NCBI GenBank assembly: GCA_965261395.1
Contig: OZ253462.1
Coordinates: 4,640,001-4,704,000 of the forward strand
Direction: 5' to 3'
Length of the DNA: 64,000 nt
Origin: Candidatus Latescibacterota bacterium
GTDB taxonomy: Bacteria; Latescibacterota; UBA2968; UBA8231
The translations under genes and the position numbers were made by a program. Of this stretch, positions 42,492-51,819 are shown one piece after another. The notes under the pieces are model-generated. The model saw only the letters and a program-made list of their open reading frames with translations, was not told the DNA's origin and searched no databases. Position 1 is the stretch's first letter, and each line of letters begins with the position of its first letter.

Positions 42492-43691
42492 TTAAACGGC
42501 CGCTTCCCGCCGCGTCCGCACCCAGTCGAGGATGCGGTCGGCGACCGCGGACTTGCTCAGCAGGGGCAGGGCTTCCTCGTGGCCGGCGACGTCGATCAGG
42601 GTCACGCGATTGGTATCGCCGGCGAAACCAGCTCCCTCGTCATTGAGCATGTTGAGCACGATTAAGTCGCCCCCCTTGCGCGCCAGCTTTTCCCGCGCCC
42701 GCTCCGGCCCCTTTTCCGTCTCCATCGCAAAGACGACCAGCAGCCGCTGGCCCTTGCGCTGACCCAACCCAGCGGCAATGTCTGGGTTTTCGACCAACTC
42801 GACAGAGCGAGACGCTGCATCGCGCTTGATTTTTTGCGCGGCCACCTCCTTGGCGCGGTAGTCGGCCGGGGCTGCCGCCAAAATTGCCCCATCTACTTGC
42901 TCAAACAAGGCTTCGACCGCGCGCTGCATGTCGAGCGTCGAGCGCACCGCCTGCCGCTCTACGCCAGCGGGCGCGGGCAGTGCAGTCGGCCCGGAAACCA
43001 GCCACACGCGCGCTCCGCGAGCAGCGGCTCGATCGGCTAGCGCATAGCCCATCTTGCCCGACGAGCGATTGGAAATAAAGCGCACCGGATCGAGGTCCTC
43101 GACCGTGGGACCGGCCGTTACCAGCAGCTTCAGCCCATCCAAGTCGCCGCTGCAATGCGCCGCGACCGCCGCGACCAACTCCGCTGGCTCGGGCATCCGC
43201 CCGCGGCCAACCGCACCCGACGCCAAAGGCCCTACCCCCGGGTCGAGCAGGTGGAACCCCCGCTGTGCCAAGGTCTGCACATTGGCCTCGACCGCGGCAT
43301 TGGCGAACATGTTCTCCTCCATCGACGGTGCCAGCAGGACGGGCACGTCCGCGCACAACAGCACCGAGGAGAGCAAGTCGTCGGCCAAGCCGCCGGCTAT
43401 GCGCCCCAAGCAGTGCGCCGTAGTCGGGGCCACCAAAATCAAGTCGGCCCACTCGGCTAACCCCACGTGCAGAACGGGAAATTCCGCGTCGCGGCTAAAC
43501 AAGTCGCTGTACACCAAATGGCGGGAAAGCACTTCCAACGTCTTAGGCGCGACGAACTCGCCAGCCGCGCGGGTCAGCACTACCCGTACCTCAGCGCCTT
43601 CAGCCGTCAGCAACCGCACGAGCTCCGGCGTCTTGTACGCGGCAATGCCACCAGTGACCCCGAGTAGGATGTTGCGGCCCTGCAAGCTCAT
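42492..43691 (-). CDS. coaBC: Phosphopantothenoylcysteine decarboxylase/ligase
   Basis: LGVTGGIAAYK, TAGPT.E.LDPVRFISNRSSGKMG, FAMET; ATG at 43691. Confidence 0.95.
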   Translation of the reverse strand: MSLQGRNILLGVTGGIAAYKTPELVRLLTAEGAEVRVVLTRAAGEFVAPKTLEVLSRHLVYSDLFSRDAEFPVLHVGLAEWADLILVAPTTAHCLGRIAGGLADDLLSSVLLCADVPVLLAPSMEENMFANAAVEANVQTLAQRGFHLLDPGVGPLASGAVGRGRMPEPAELVAAVAAHCSGDLDGLKLLVTAGPTVEDLDPVRFISNRSSGKMGYALADRAAARGARVWLVSGPTALPAPAGVERQAVRSTLDMQRAVEALFEQVDGAILAAAPADYRAKEVAAQKIKRDAASRSVELVENPDIAAGLGQRKGQRLLVVFAMETEKGPERAREKLARKGGDLIVLNMLNDEGAGFAGDTNRVTLIDVAGHEEALPLLSKSAVADRILDWVRTRREAAV

Positions 43692-44242
43692 GGCTGATCG
43701 AGACGCGCCAAGATGTGCGCGCAGGCGGCTTGGGGATCGCAGCACTCGGTATCGACGACCAAGTCGTACACCGACAAGTCGCTGATGGCAATTTGGTGAT
43801 GCACAGCGTAGCGCTGGGCCTCGGACTCCTCGCGCTGGCGCGTTTCTGCGAGGGCTTGCGCCAGCGGCTTGCCCTCGCGCTGTCCCACGCGCTCGGCCCG
43901 CACGGCAGGCACCGCTTGGAGCCAGACCTTGAGGGCCGGAAGCTGGTGCCGCTGGGCCATCCAGCCGGTGAGCCTCCCTTCGACGACGACCGGCGCACAC
44001 GCCTGCGCTTGCGCGACCAAGCGCGCGTCGAGCTGGCGGTCGATGCAGCCATCGGCTTCGGCCCGCTGACCAAACTCGGCCAAGCTCACGCCCGCCTCTT
44101 GGGCCAGCTTGCGAAAGACGGCCCCGGCGTTGACATAAGCCCAGCCCAGCCGCGCACACAGCCGGTCGCACACCGTCGTGGTGCCGCTGCCAGCCAAGCC
44201 GCTGATGGTAATGATTTGCACGGGTGCCATGGATGCCGTCAC
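43688..44242 (-). CDS. cmk: Cytidylate kinase, archaeal-type
   Basis: ITISGLAGSGTTT, AGAVFRKLA, IDRQLD, VVVEGRLTGW, YDLVVDT. Confidence 0.85.
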   Translation of the reverse strand: MTASMAPVQIITISGLAGSGTTTVCDRLCARLGWAYVNAGAVFRKLAQEAGVSLAEFGQRAEADGCIDRQLDARLVAQAQACAPVVVEGRLTGWMAQRHQLPALKVWLQAVPAVRAERVGQREGKPLAQALAETRQREESEAQRYAVHHQIAISDLSVYDLVVDTECCDPQAACAHILARLDQP

Positions 44243-45213
44243 GCCAAGTTTTGCACCTGCTCGCGCAGACGCTCAATCTCTTCTTTGATCTCGACTACCC
44301 AATGGGCGATGTCGGCGTCTGCGGCCTTGGCGCTGATGGTGTTGGCTTCGCGGTTCATTTCCTGCAAGAGAAAGTTCAAACGCTTGCCCATTTCGCCGCC
44401 CCGCGCCAAAGTGTCGAGGAACTGGGCATTGTGGCTGCGGAAGCGGACAATTTCCTCGACGATGTCACTGCGCTCGGCGAGCAGGGCGATCTCCGTGGCG
44501 AGGCGATCTTCGGCAACCGCCCCGGGCGCGAGCAGAGCGGCGATCTTTTCCCGCAGCCGTTCGGCCACCTGCCCTCGGGTCACCTGCGTGCGCTCGGCCA
44601 CGCTCTCTAGATGCACCCCCACCGCCTCGACGCGGCCGCGCAAGTCCGCAGCGAGGGTGCGTCCTTCGGCCGTGCGCATCGCCACCAGATCGGCCAGCGC
44701 TTCGTCCAGCCCCGCCCACAGTACCTCTTGTACGACCTCGCTATCCAATTCTGTGTCTTGGACGCGGAAGAGCTTGGGCAGCTTCGTTAGCAGCACCCGC
44801 TCGATCCCCACGTCGAGTTGCTCTAGCCTTTTAACGCGAGCAAAAAACGCCTTCCGCCGCGGCATCGTTGACCGGCTCTCCGCAGCTTCGATCTGGGCCA
44901 ATTCAGCTAGCCGCCGCAACTGGGCCAGATAGTGCTTGGCGGCCTCCTCGTCTAGCTGGGGCAGGGCCTCTGGCTGGCCCTCCCCGGCCCAAGCTAGATG
45001 CGCGCTTATTTTGCCGCGACTGACCTGCGCCTGAATCCGCTCGCGAATGGCCTGCTCAAAGGACTGGAGGTCAGCCGGGCAGCGCACCTGTATATCGAAG
45101 TAGCGGCTATTAACCGATCTCAACTCGACTGCGAGCCGCAAACCCTGCCGCTCGATCGCGGCGTGGCCAAAGCCGGTCATGCTGTGAATGGGGGCTCGCT
45201 CTTGCTCGTTCAT
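44239..45213 (-). CDS. yicC: YicC/YloC family endoribonuclease
   Basis: SMTGFG, ELRSVNSRYFD, GKRLNFLLQEMNREANTI, REQVQN. Confidence 0.93.
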   Translation of the reverse strand: MNEQERAPIHSMTGFGHAAIERQGLRLAVELRSVNSRYFDIQVRCPADLQSFEQAIRERIQAQVSRGKISAHLAWAGEGQPEALPQLDEEAAKHYLAQLRRLAELAQIEAAESRSTMPRRKAFFARVKRLEQLDVGIERVLLTKLPKLFRVQDTELDSEVVQEVLWAGLDEALADLVAMRTAEGRTLAADLRGRVEAVGVHLESVAERTQVTRGQVAERLREKIAALLAPGAVAEDRLATEIALLAERSDIVEEIVRFRSHNAQFLDTLARGGEMGKRLNFLLQEMNREANTISAKAADADIAHWVVEIKEEIERLREQVQNLA

Positions 45214-45231
45214 AATGAATTCTCGTGGATT

Positions 45232-45253
45232 GAAGTTACAACGAAGTTACAAC
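45232..45253. promoter_or_regulatory. Perfect 11-bp tandem repeat upstream of yicC (possible regulator site)
   Basis: GAAGTTACAAC GAAGTTACAAC. Confidence 0.5.
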
Positions 45254-45303
45254 TAAGGAAGGTCGCTAAGGAGCAAACCCCATGCAAGAGAGGGCTGGCA
45301 GCC

Positions 45304-46545
45304 TCAGCGGCCTGGATCCACGGCAATGCGGACGATGGACGAAAAGCCGCCGAGCTGCGCTAGGATCTGGCCTTCGGCCGTGAATTTCAACAGCGCGTCG
45401 CTGGTCGCAATCCAAGCCCGCTGCTGCACTGCGTCGAAGGACAGGGCGCTGCCCCTAGGCACGTCGGTCCAATGCTGCTCCAAGGCCCCGTCGGCCGAGA
45501 ACACCGCCAGATCCCGTTCCCCCAGCACCCAGCAGTCGCCGCTCGCACCATCCACGGCCAGCCCCACAGCCGTGGCAAAAGGCAGGTCCACGCCGAGGAC
45601 TGTGCCCCTGCGGTTCAACCGCGTCAAGCTGTGGCCCGCATCGCCCAACAGCCACGCGGTTCTCCCTGCACCCGCCACCAGTGCCTCGGGGGCCGCGAGC
45701 GAGCGGAATTCAGCGGCGCGGGTGCCGTCGGTTCGGTAGAACAGCACTCGGCCTTGGGCTTGGTCGGCGATCCAGCAGCCCCCAGCCTGCGCGGCCAATG
45801 CCACGGGCTGGACAAAGGTGGCATCGACCGGGATGAGGGGGAGCGGATCGGTCGCGGCCAAGGAAAACCAAAAGACCCGCTGTCGCCCCGAGTCAACCAG
45901 CCAGCCAATCCGCGCGCCGGCATCAATGGCCAAGTCCCCGGGTGTCTCCACGGACGCAGCCAGCGAGGCCAACGCACCGTCTTCCGCAATCCGGTACAGC
46001 CCGGCAAACCCCCGGTCGCTGACCCAGCACGAACCATCGGCCACGTCGAGCGCAATCGTCGCCAAGTCGAAAAAGCGCCCCTGGGCAAAATGCGCGCTGC
46101 GCGCATCCGCGCTGATTTTCCACACCAGCCCGGAGTGGCGGTCGGCCACCCAAGCGATTTCCGGGCCGGGCGTAGCAGGCACGGGACGGCCGCTGGGGCG
46201 CTCGGCTTCCCCGGCGACGAACAAGCTGAGTTGGTACTCGTAGTTCATCCCGTTTTGCACCGCGGAGTCCACGTACGCGGTCGCGTTCGACGCCAGCACC
46301 GAGGTGATCGGCTCCCACTCGTCCTCGGGCTGACGGCGGTAGAGTCGGTAGCCTTCGATGTCGAAAAAGTGGGAAAAATCCCACTGCAACTCGACTTGAC
46401 CGTCGAGCGCCAAGGCCGTCAAAGCGCTGAACGACTCGCTCTGCGGGTCGTTGGCTTGCGGGTCGAGGGGATTGCGCCGCGGGCGATCGCTGCAAGCTAA
46501 GACCAGCGCGCCGATGCAGCACCCTATCCAGAGACAACGTCTCAC
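45304..46545 (-). CDS. Lipoprotein with Fn3-like and beta-propeller repeats
   Basis: Lipobox LVLAC, RRNPLDP, VELQW...GYRLYR, repeated CWVSD/CWIAD blades. Confidence 0.75.
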   Translation of the reverse strand: MRRCLWIGCCIGALVLACSDRPRRNPLDPQANDPQSESFSALTALALDGQVELQWDFSHFFDIEGYRLYRRQPEDEWEPITSVLASNATAYVDSAVQNGMNYEYQLSLFVAGEAERPSGRPVPATPGPEIAWVADRHSGLVWKISADARSAHFAQGRFFDLATIALDVADGSCWVSDRGFAGLYRIAEDGALASLAASVETPGDLAIDAGARIGWLVDSGRQRVFWFSLAATDPLPLIPVDATFVQPVALAAQAGGCWIADQAQGRVLFYRTDGTRAAEFRSLAAPEALVAGAGRTAWLLGDAGHSLTRLNRRGTVLGVDLPFATAVGLAVDGASGDCWVLGERDLAVFSADGALEQHWTDVPRGSALSFDAVQQRAWIATSDALLKFTAEGQILAQLGGFSSIVRIAVDPGR

Positions 46546-46973
46546 GACTTAAAACCAAAAAAGAGCAGGTACGAACTGAGCACCAAGCCGACTTCCATGC
46601 CGACAAACGCCGTGCTGGCCACGCGGTCAAAGTCCTTGGCCGCGGCCAATTCTCGCTGCTGACGCTTGGTGCTGGCCGAGCGCAAATAGCGGTCGTACGC
46701 GGCGTCGGCCCGCTCCTTGCTCCAATAGGCCACCGCGCCGGCTCCCACGGCCAAGGCCGCGCTCAAGTAGAGCTTCTTGCGCGAGCGTTTCTCCTTGGGC
46801 GGAGCCTCGGATGTGGTTGATATCGACTGCTGCCTAAGCCTCGGCTGCTCGGCCCATTGTGCCGCTAAGGCCGCTTCCAATTGGACCAGCCGCCGAGGTA
46901 GCTCCAACGGCTCGGCCCATGTCGGAGTACCACTTGCGACCAGCAGCAAGCACCAAGCAATCGTCTTTTTCAT
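46542..46973 (-). CDS. Hypothetical membrane/secreted protein
   Basis: Signal peptide plus two hydrophobic segments, ADAAYDRY. Confidence 0.65.
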   Translation of the reverse strand: MKKTIAWCLLLVASGTPTWAEPLELPRRLVQLEAALAAQWAEQPRLRQQSISTTSEAPPKEKRSRKKLYLSAALAVGAGAVAYWSKERADAAYDRYLRSASTKRQQRELAAAKDFDRVASTAFVGMEVGLVLSSYLLFFGFKS

Positions 46974-46987
46974 GCCGTTTCCCTCGC

Positions 46988-48049
46988 TTAGTGGTGTCCA
47001 AACACGTAGAGGACCCGCTTCTCAGTGGCGACGGTGATGACCTCCTCACCCAAGGACACCGGCGCCAAAACGGGGCCATCCAATCGGTATTTCCACAACA
47101 AGTGCCCGCCTTGGAGATCCAAGGCATAGAGGTAGCCGTCGCTGGAAGCACCATACGCGGTGTGATCCGTGGCGACCGGACTGCTCCGCACCACGCCCTC
47201 GGTGGCAAACGTCCACCGCACTGCTCCAGTGGCCACGTCTAGCCCATAGAAGTGGCGGTCGGCACAGCCGACCACCAACACGCCTGCAGCCAGCGCCAGC
47301 TCCGCAGTCGGCAACGCGCCCAAGGCTCGCTCCCACACCACCCGGCCAGAGTCGCGGCGTGCGGCTAGTACCCGGCCGGAGGCTGTCGCCGTAACTATTT
47401 GTTCATCAGTGGTTACGGGACGAGACCTTATGGCTTCCCCCAAGCTCGTGCGCCAGCGCTCGTGGCCGGTTTCCGCGCTCAGGGCCACCAAGTCCCCGGA
47501 CGCCGTGCCGGCAACCGCGAGGTCGCCGCTCAGCGCCAGCCCGGTCCGCGATAGCCCGCCCAATTCGGCGCGCCACAGCAAATGCCCGTCGGCGAGCCGC
47601 AGCGCCTGCACTGCTCCTTCATCATCAATCGCGATCAGGGTATCGCCACGCACGACCGGCACCTGACAAAACGCACCCTCATGCCGCCAACGCTCGTCCG
47701 CAGTCCGTCGGTCTAAAACCCGTAAGCTAGGTTTGCGGCCCAGCACCCCCAGCGCGTACAGCGCCCCGGCCAACTGCCCGGGGGCACACGCCATCTTGTC
47801 GTATCCGTGCTTCCCCAATTGGACCCCGTTGCGCCGGTCCAGCGCATAGAGGGTCGGCTCGGTGGTCAATTGTAGGATCAGATCCCCGGCAAAGAGCGCG
47901 CCGCCCAGCGGCGAGCTGTCCATTTTGTGCGTCCACAAAAGTTGCAGCGGCGGCTCAACCCCCACCGCGCCATGCCTCGGCTCGCCGAAGTAGAGCACCT
48001 TTTCGCCACAGGCCGCCAAAAGGCAGAATCCGAGCAGGGCGTAACGCAT
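46988..48049 (-). CDS. PQQ-like beta-propeller lipoprotein (BamB-like)
   Basis: Lipobox LLAAC, repeated LYALD..G..LW blades. Confidence 0.85.
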   Translation of the reverse strand: MRYALLGFCLLAACGEKVLYFGEPRHGAVGVEPPLQLLWTHKMDSSPLGGALFAGDLILQLTTEPTLYALDRRNGVQLGKHGYDKMACAPGQLAGALYALGVLGRKPSLRVLDRRTADERWRHEGAFCQVPVVRGDTLIAIDDEGAVQALRLADGHLLWRAELGGLSRTGLALSGDLAVAGTASGDLVALSAETGHERWRTSLGEAIRSRPVTTDEQIVTATASGRVLAARRDSGRVVWERALGALPTAELALAAGVLVVGCADRHFYGLDVATGAVRWTFATEGVVRSSPVATDHTAYGASSDGYLYALDLQGGHLLWKYRLDGPVLAPVSLGEEVITVATEKRVLYVFGHH

Positions 48050-50845
48050 TTAATAGTCCCAACCAAAGAAGAAATCCCAGCGCGTGTCGCCATCTATGGA
48101 CTTGAAGTCCGTGCGCCGCGCCGCATCCACGCGAAAGACGAAAACTCCACCCAAGGCCAAGCGCACCCCCGCACCAAACGCCGCGCGCCATTGGTCGAAA
48201 TCGTCGTTCCACGCATTGCCCGCGTCGAAAAAGAGCGCGCCCCGAAAGGCGCTAAACTCCATGGCCCCAAACGGAAAGTGGAGCAAGAACCGATCGACCA
48301 AGGGGAAGCGCAACTCTTGGTTGTACAGCACCATCTTGCTGCCCCACAGCGAGCGCCAGCGATAGCCCCGCAGCGTCCAACTGCCCCCCAAGGAGGTAAA
48401 TTCGGGCACCGCGCCAGTGGAGCGTCGGCCCATCAGGCGCACGGCTACCGCGCTGCGCTGCGAGAGGCGAAAGTAGTGCCGGTAGTCGCCAAAGAGCGTG
48501 ATATTGAACCGCCGCGAGGTTTTAAAGTCGATCGTCTGCGCCAGCCCAAAGCTATAGCGCCGGCCCTCCAGCGGCCCGGTCGGAATCCACAGGCTGCTGT
48601 CGTGGGTATAGCTGACGTAGTTGTTGGCCAACCATCCCGACAGCCTCCGCCCTTCGAATTGTCGGTCGATTTCAGCGTGGCGCAGCGAGAGCCGGGTGTC
48701 GATGCGGTCGTGCCGGGAAAAGGGATAGCTCAACCCAATGTGGGCACCCAAACGCTCTTCGCGCACAAACCGGCCAAAGCGGCTCGAAAAGCGGTCGTTG
48801 AGCCGGAACGCGCCCCAATACACGTTGATCCGCTGACCGAGGTGGAGGCGCGTAAAGGCCATGTTCAGGCCGTCGAAAAAGCCAGATCGGCTGTCGGCAA
48901 GGTGCGAAAGCACAAAGTGGTACTGGTCGTTACCCAGTACGTCGCTCAGGGCCACTTGGATGCCGCCCGAGGTGCCAAATTCCGGGTCCTGCGAGATCTG
49001 GCCTTGGGCTATGTCGAGGCTCATCTTGCGCTCATAGGGCCGGATGGCGACCTCGCTCTGGCCGTGCAGGCCCGCCAAAGACCACGGCTCGGCCAGTGCC
49101 TCCTCGATAGGCTGGTAGCTGACCTGCGCGCTGTCGGCCCAATCCACGGCGAGCTCGTAAATCTGCAAGCCTCCGCTCTCATATCCGGAAAAGAGCAGGT
49201 GCTGGCCGTCGGCCAAGAGCACCGGATCAAACGCGCCCGTCAACACGTGGGTTAAACGCCGGGTCGCAGTGCGTTCGCCGGCTAGCTGCAAAGCGTAGAT
49301 GTTGTACGCACCAGCGCGGTCAGAGCTAAAGACGATGTGCTCGCCGTCCGGAGACCAGCGCGGCTGCCCGTCGTTGTGCTCACCCTGGCTGAGGGCCGAG
49401 ATCTGCTCGGTCGCCAAATCGTACAGGAACAGATTGTAGTGCCCGCGCCGCCCACCAAGCCAGCGGTCGGAGCTGAAGACGATCCGCTGACCATCCGGAG
49501 ACCAGTCGGGCTCGCGGTCGTGATAGAGGTCACGGCGCAAGGCGCGCAGACTATCGCCTGTCACAGCGACCAGATAAATGTCGGTCCAGCCCCCTTCGTC
49601 GCTGCCGGCAAAGGCCAGCCGCTGCCCGTCGGGCGCAAACGACGGCGATGCCATCGCGACGATCTCGGCAAACGACAGATCCGCCACCGCGCGCTTTTGT
49701 TCCACATCCCAGATGTACAGGTGATCGCGGCCCCGGCTCTTGGCCGCAAACGCCAGCCACTTGCCATCTGGGGAGGCGGCCAGCCGCGTCGAGAGCGGGT
49801 GCAGGGATTCAAAGACCGGCAGGCGCTCGCCTTCGACTATGACCTCCGGCGCACTATCGTCGTCGCGGCGCGCGCGGACGATCTGCGTATAGCCTTGACT
49901 GTTGCGGAAGTGGTAGAACGCGCTGCTATCTCCGGGAACGATTTCGGGCTTGATGTTAAAGCCGCGCTGCGTGCGTGCGGTGGCCAATTCGGACGGGGGA
50001 TCGCGGTCGGCAATCGCCGGCAGGTGGCGCTTGTGCAGGTAGTATTGCCACGCCTGATCGAACTTGTCCAAGCTCTCGCCGGTGGTGATCGCAAAAATTT
50101 CGGCAAAGGTTTCGCCCCGCCACCAGTTGGCAAAGAGCTGTTCGAACACGTCGGCTCCGTGCCGCGCCGCCATAAAGTGGCAGATCGACTCGCCTTCCTT
50201 GTACATCTGATAGGTGCCGTAGATGCGGTACATCTCGGCGATGGGCACCAGCCGCCGCGCAAAGAGCGCATCGCGCACCACCATGTCGCCAAAGCTGGTG
50301 CGCTCGCTGGACCAGTACTCGGCCAGCCCTTCGGAAAACCACAGGGGGGCCGGGCGGAAGTCCAACACCCCGTGCTGCGACAATACCCGCGCGATCCGGT
50401 CAAACGTGAAGACGTGGACTAACTCGTGGTGCAGCACCCGCTCGAATTCGGGCAGGGAGCCGCTCAGCGGCAGCGCGACCCGCCCCTTGAGGTATTCGGT
50501 GAAACCCGCTACCCCTTCGGGCAGGAGATTGGGGATGATGTTCGTCTGTTCAAAGTAGATGTGCGAGGAATAGACCACCAGCGGCACCCGCCGCTGCACG
50601 GTGTGGGCGAACTTTTTTTCCAAGTCGATAAACTGGCGCTCGGCCATTTGCGCGGCATACGCGGCCAACTCGGCCTCTTCGGCAAAGAAGTACACGTCAA
50701 AGTGCGCGGTCTCCATTTTCCGCCACGCAAACTCCGCGTACTGCACCTTGTTGCGGCCAAAGCCCTGGCCGAAGGCGGCCGAGGCCACCAGCACCCAAAC
50801 GAGCGCAACCCATGCCCTGCCGCGCATTGCAATCCTCTCTACCAC
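48050..50845 (-). CDS. Omp85/BamA-family protein with N-terminal peptidase MA and PD40 (TolB-like) repeats
   Basis: FGRNKVQY, HELVH..PLWFSEGLAEY, P.WSPDG repeats, LGGSWTLRGY, ELRFP, FFDAGNAW, terminal FFFGWDY. Confidence 0.88.
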   Translation of the reverse strand: MVERIAMRGRAWVALVWVLVASAAFGQGFGRNKVQYAEFAWRKMETAHFDVYFFAEEAELAAYAAQMAERQFIDLEKKFAHTVQRRVPLVVYSSHIYFEQTNIIPNLLPEGVAGFTEYLKGRVALPLSGSLPEFERVLHHELVHVFTFDRIARVLSQHGVLDFRPAPLWFSEGLAEYWSSERTSFGDMVVRDALFARRLVPIAEMYRIYGTYQMYKEGESICHFMAARHGADVFEQLFANWWRGETFAEIFAITTGESLDKFDQAWQYYLHKRHLPAIADRDPPSELATARTQRGFNIKPEIVPGDSSAFYHFRNSQGYTQIVRARRDDDSAPEVIVEGERLPVFESLHPLSTRLAASPDGKWLAFAAKSRGRDHLYIWDVEQKRAVADLSFAEIVAMASPSFAPDGQRLAFAGSDEGGWTDIYLVAVTGDSLRALRRDLYHDREPDWSPDGQRIVFSSDRWLGGRRGHYNLFLYDLATEQISALSQGEHNDGQPRWSPDGEHIVFSSDRAGAYNIYALQLAGERTATRRLTHVLTGAFDPVLLADGQHLLFSGYESGGLQIYELAVDWADSAQVSYQPIEEALAEPWSLAGLHGQSEVAIRPYERKMSLDIAQGQISQDPEFGTSGGIQVALSDVLGNDQYHFVLSHLADSRSGFFDGLNMAFTRLHLGQRINVYWGAFRLNDRFSSRFGRFVREERLGAHIGLSYPFSRHDRIDTRLSLRHAEIDRQFEGRRLSGWLANNYVSYTHDSSLWIPTGPLEGRRYSFGLAQTIDFKTSRRFNITLFGDYRHYFRLSQRSAVAVRLMGRRSTGAVPEFTSLGGSWTLRGYRWRSLWGSKMVLYNQELRFPLVDRFLLHFPFGAMEFSAFRGALFFDAGNAWNDDFDQWRAAFGAGVRLALGGVFVFRVDAARRTDFKSIDGDTRWDFFFGWDY

Positions 50846-50852
50846 GCCCCGC

Positions 50853-51722
50853 TCAGTGCAAGTCGCGCAAAAACGACGGGCTGAGCACGCCGTGCGCCAC
50901 TTCGGAGACCGGCCCTTTCATCGTCAGGTCGTAGCTTGCGCTTACGTCGATGTGCAAGGTTCCGCCCGGGGCCTTAACCGCAACTGGACTTTTGACCAAG
51001 CCCAGCCGCACCGCCGCACTCGCAGCCGCACACGCCGACGACCCCGACGCCTGCGTTTCACCCGCACCGCGCTCCCATATCAGGATGTAGATCGCGTGAG
51101 GCCCCACGGGCACGGCGAACTGGACGTTGGTGCGCCGGGGGAAGAGCGGATGATTTTCTAGCTCCGGCCCCAAAGAGCGCAGTTCGTCCTCGGTCCACCG
51201 AGTACCCTGTTCGCGAAAGATGATGCAGTGGGGGTTGCCGACGCTGACGCCGGTAAAGGTCAAGGTCTGCCCGCCGACATCGATCGGCTGCGCGACCAGC
51301 TCTTCGGCTTCCAGCGTGCAGGGCAAGGCTTGCGGCGCAAACGTAGCCCGCCCCATCTGCACCGTGGCGGTGCTGGCGTCGCCATGCTGGTCAATGTGCA
51401 ATTCGATGCTTACTAGGCCGCCCTCCGTTTCGACGGTGAACTGCTGCTTTTGCACCTGGCCGGTGGCGTGCAGATAGCGGGCGAATATCCGCAGGCCATT
51501 GCCCGACTTTTCCGCCTCGCTGCCGTCGGGATTGTAGATCCGCAGGCCAAAGTCGGCCTTTTGCGACGACGCCAGCGCGAGAATGCCGTCGCTGCCCACG
51601 CCCCAATGGCGGTCGCAGATCGTGCGAATATTATCCGGTGTCAGCTCGAAGCTGAGCGCGGCCGGATCGACGGCAATGTAGTCATTGCCGAGGCCGTGCC
51701 CCTTGAAAAATTCGTTGTCCAT
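50853..51722 (-). CDS. dapF: Diaminopimelate epimerase-like protein (Ser at both catalytic positions)
   Basis: KGHGLGNDY, GVGSDG, NPDGSEAEKSGNG, GNPH, ERGAGETQASGSS. Confidence 0.8.
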   Translation of the reverse strand: MDNEFFKGHGLGNDYIAVDPAALSFELTPDNIRTICDRHWGVGSDGILALASSQKADFGLRIYNPDGSEAEKSGNGLRIFARYLHATGQVQKQQFTVETEGGLVSIELHIDQHGDASTATVQMGRATFAPQALPCTLEAEELVAQPIDVGGQTLTFTGVSVGNPHCIIFREQGTRWTEDELRSLGPELENHPLFPRRTNVQFAVPVGPHAIYILIWERGAGETQASGSSACAAASAAVRLGLVKSPVAVKAPGGTLHIDVSASYDLTMKGPVSEVAHGVLSPSFLRDLH

Positions 51723-51749
51723 ACGTGCCCTTTCTCTTTTGTCTTGCAA

Positions 51750-51812
51750 AACTTAGGCCCCTGCCCAAGCAGGGTCAATCCGAGTTGCCGAGGGGTATCC
51801 AGCCGGTATATT
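51750..51812. promoter_or_regulatory. Back-to-back sigma70 promoters
   Basis: Minus: TTGACC-N17-TAAGTT (51778-51750); plus: TTGCCG-N16-TATATT (51785-51812), 7 nt before ATG 51820. Confidence 0.5.
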
Positions 51813-51819
51813 AGCCATC

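Noticed and set aside
43692-44276. N-terminal extension of the 594-aa coaBC ORF (possible fusion)
   Set aside because: Low-complexity shadow frame over cmk; CoaBC homology starts at 43691
43715-44932. 405-aa plus-strand ORF, and similar long antisense ORFs (47927-49255, 49337-50422, 45472-46500, 25395-26336)
   Set aside because: Antisense shadows of well-supported genes, expected at high GC; no motifs recognised
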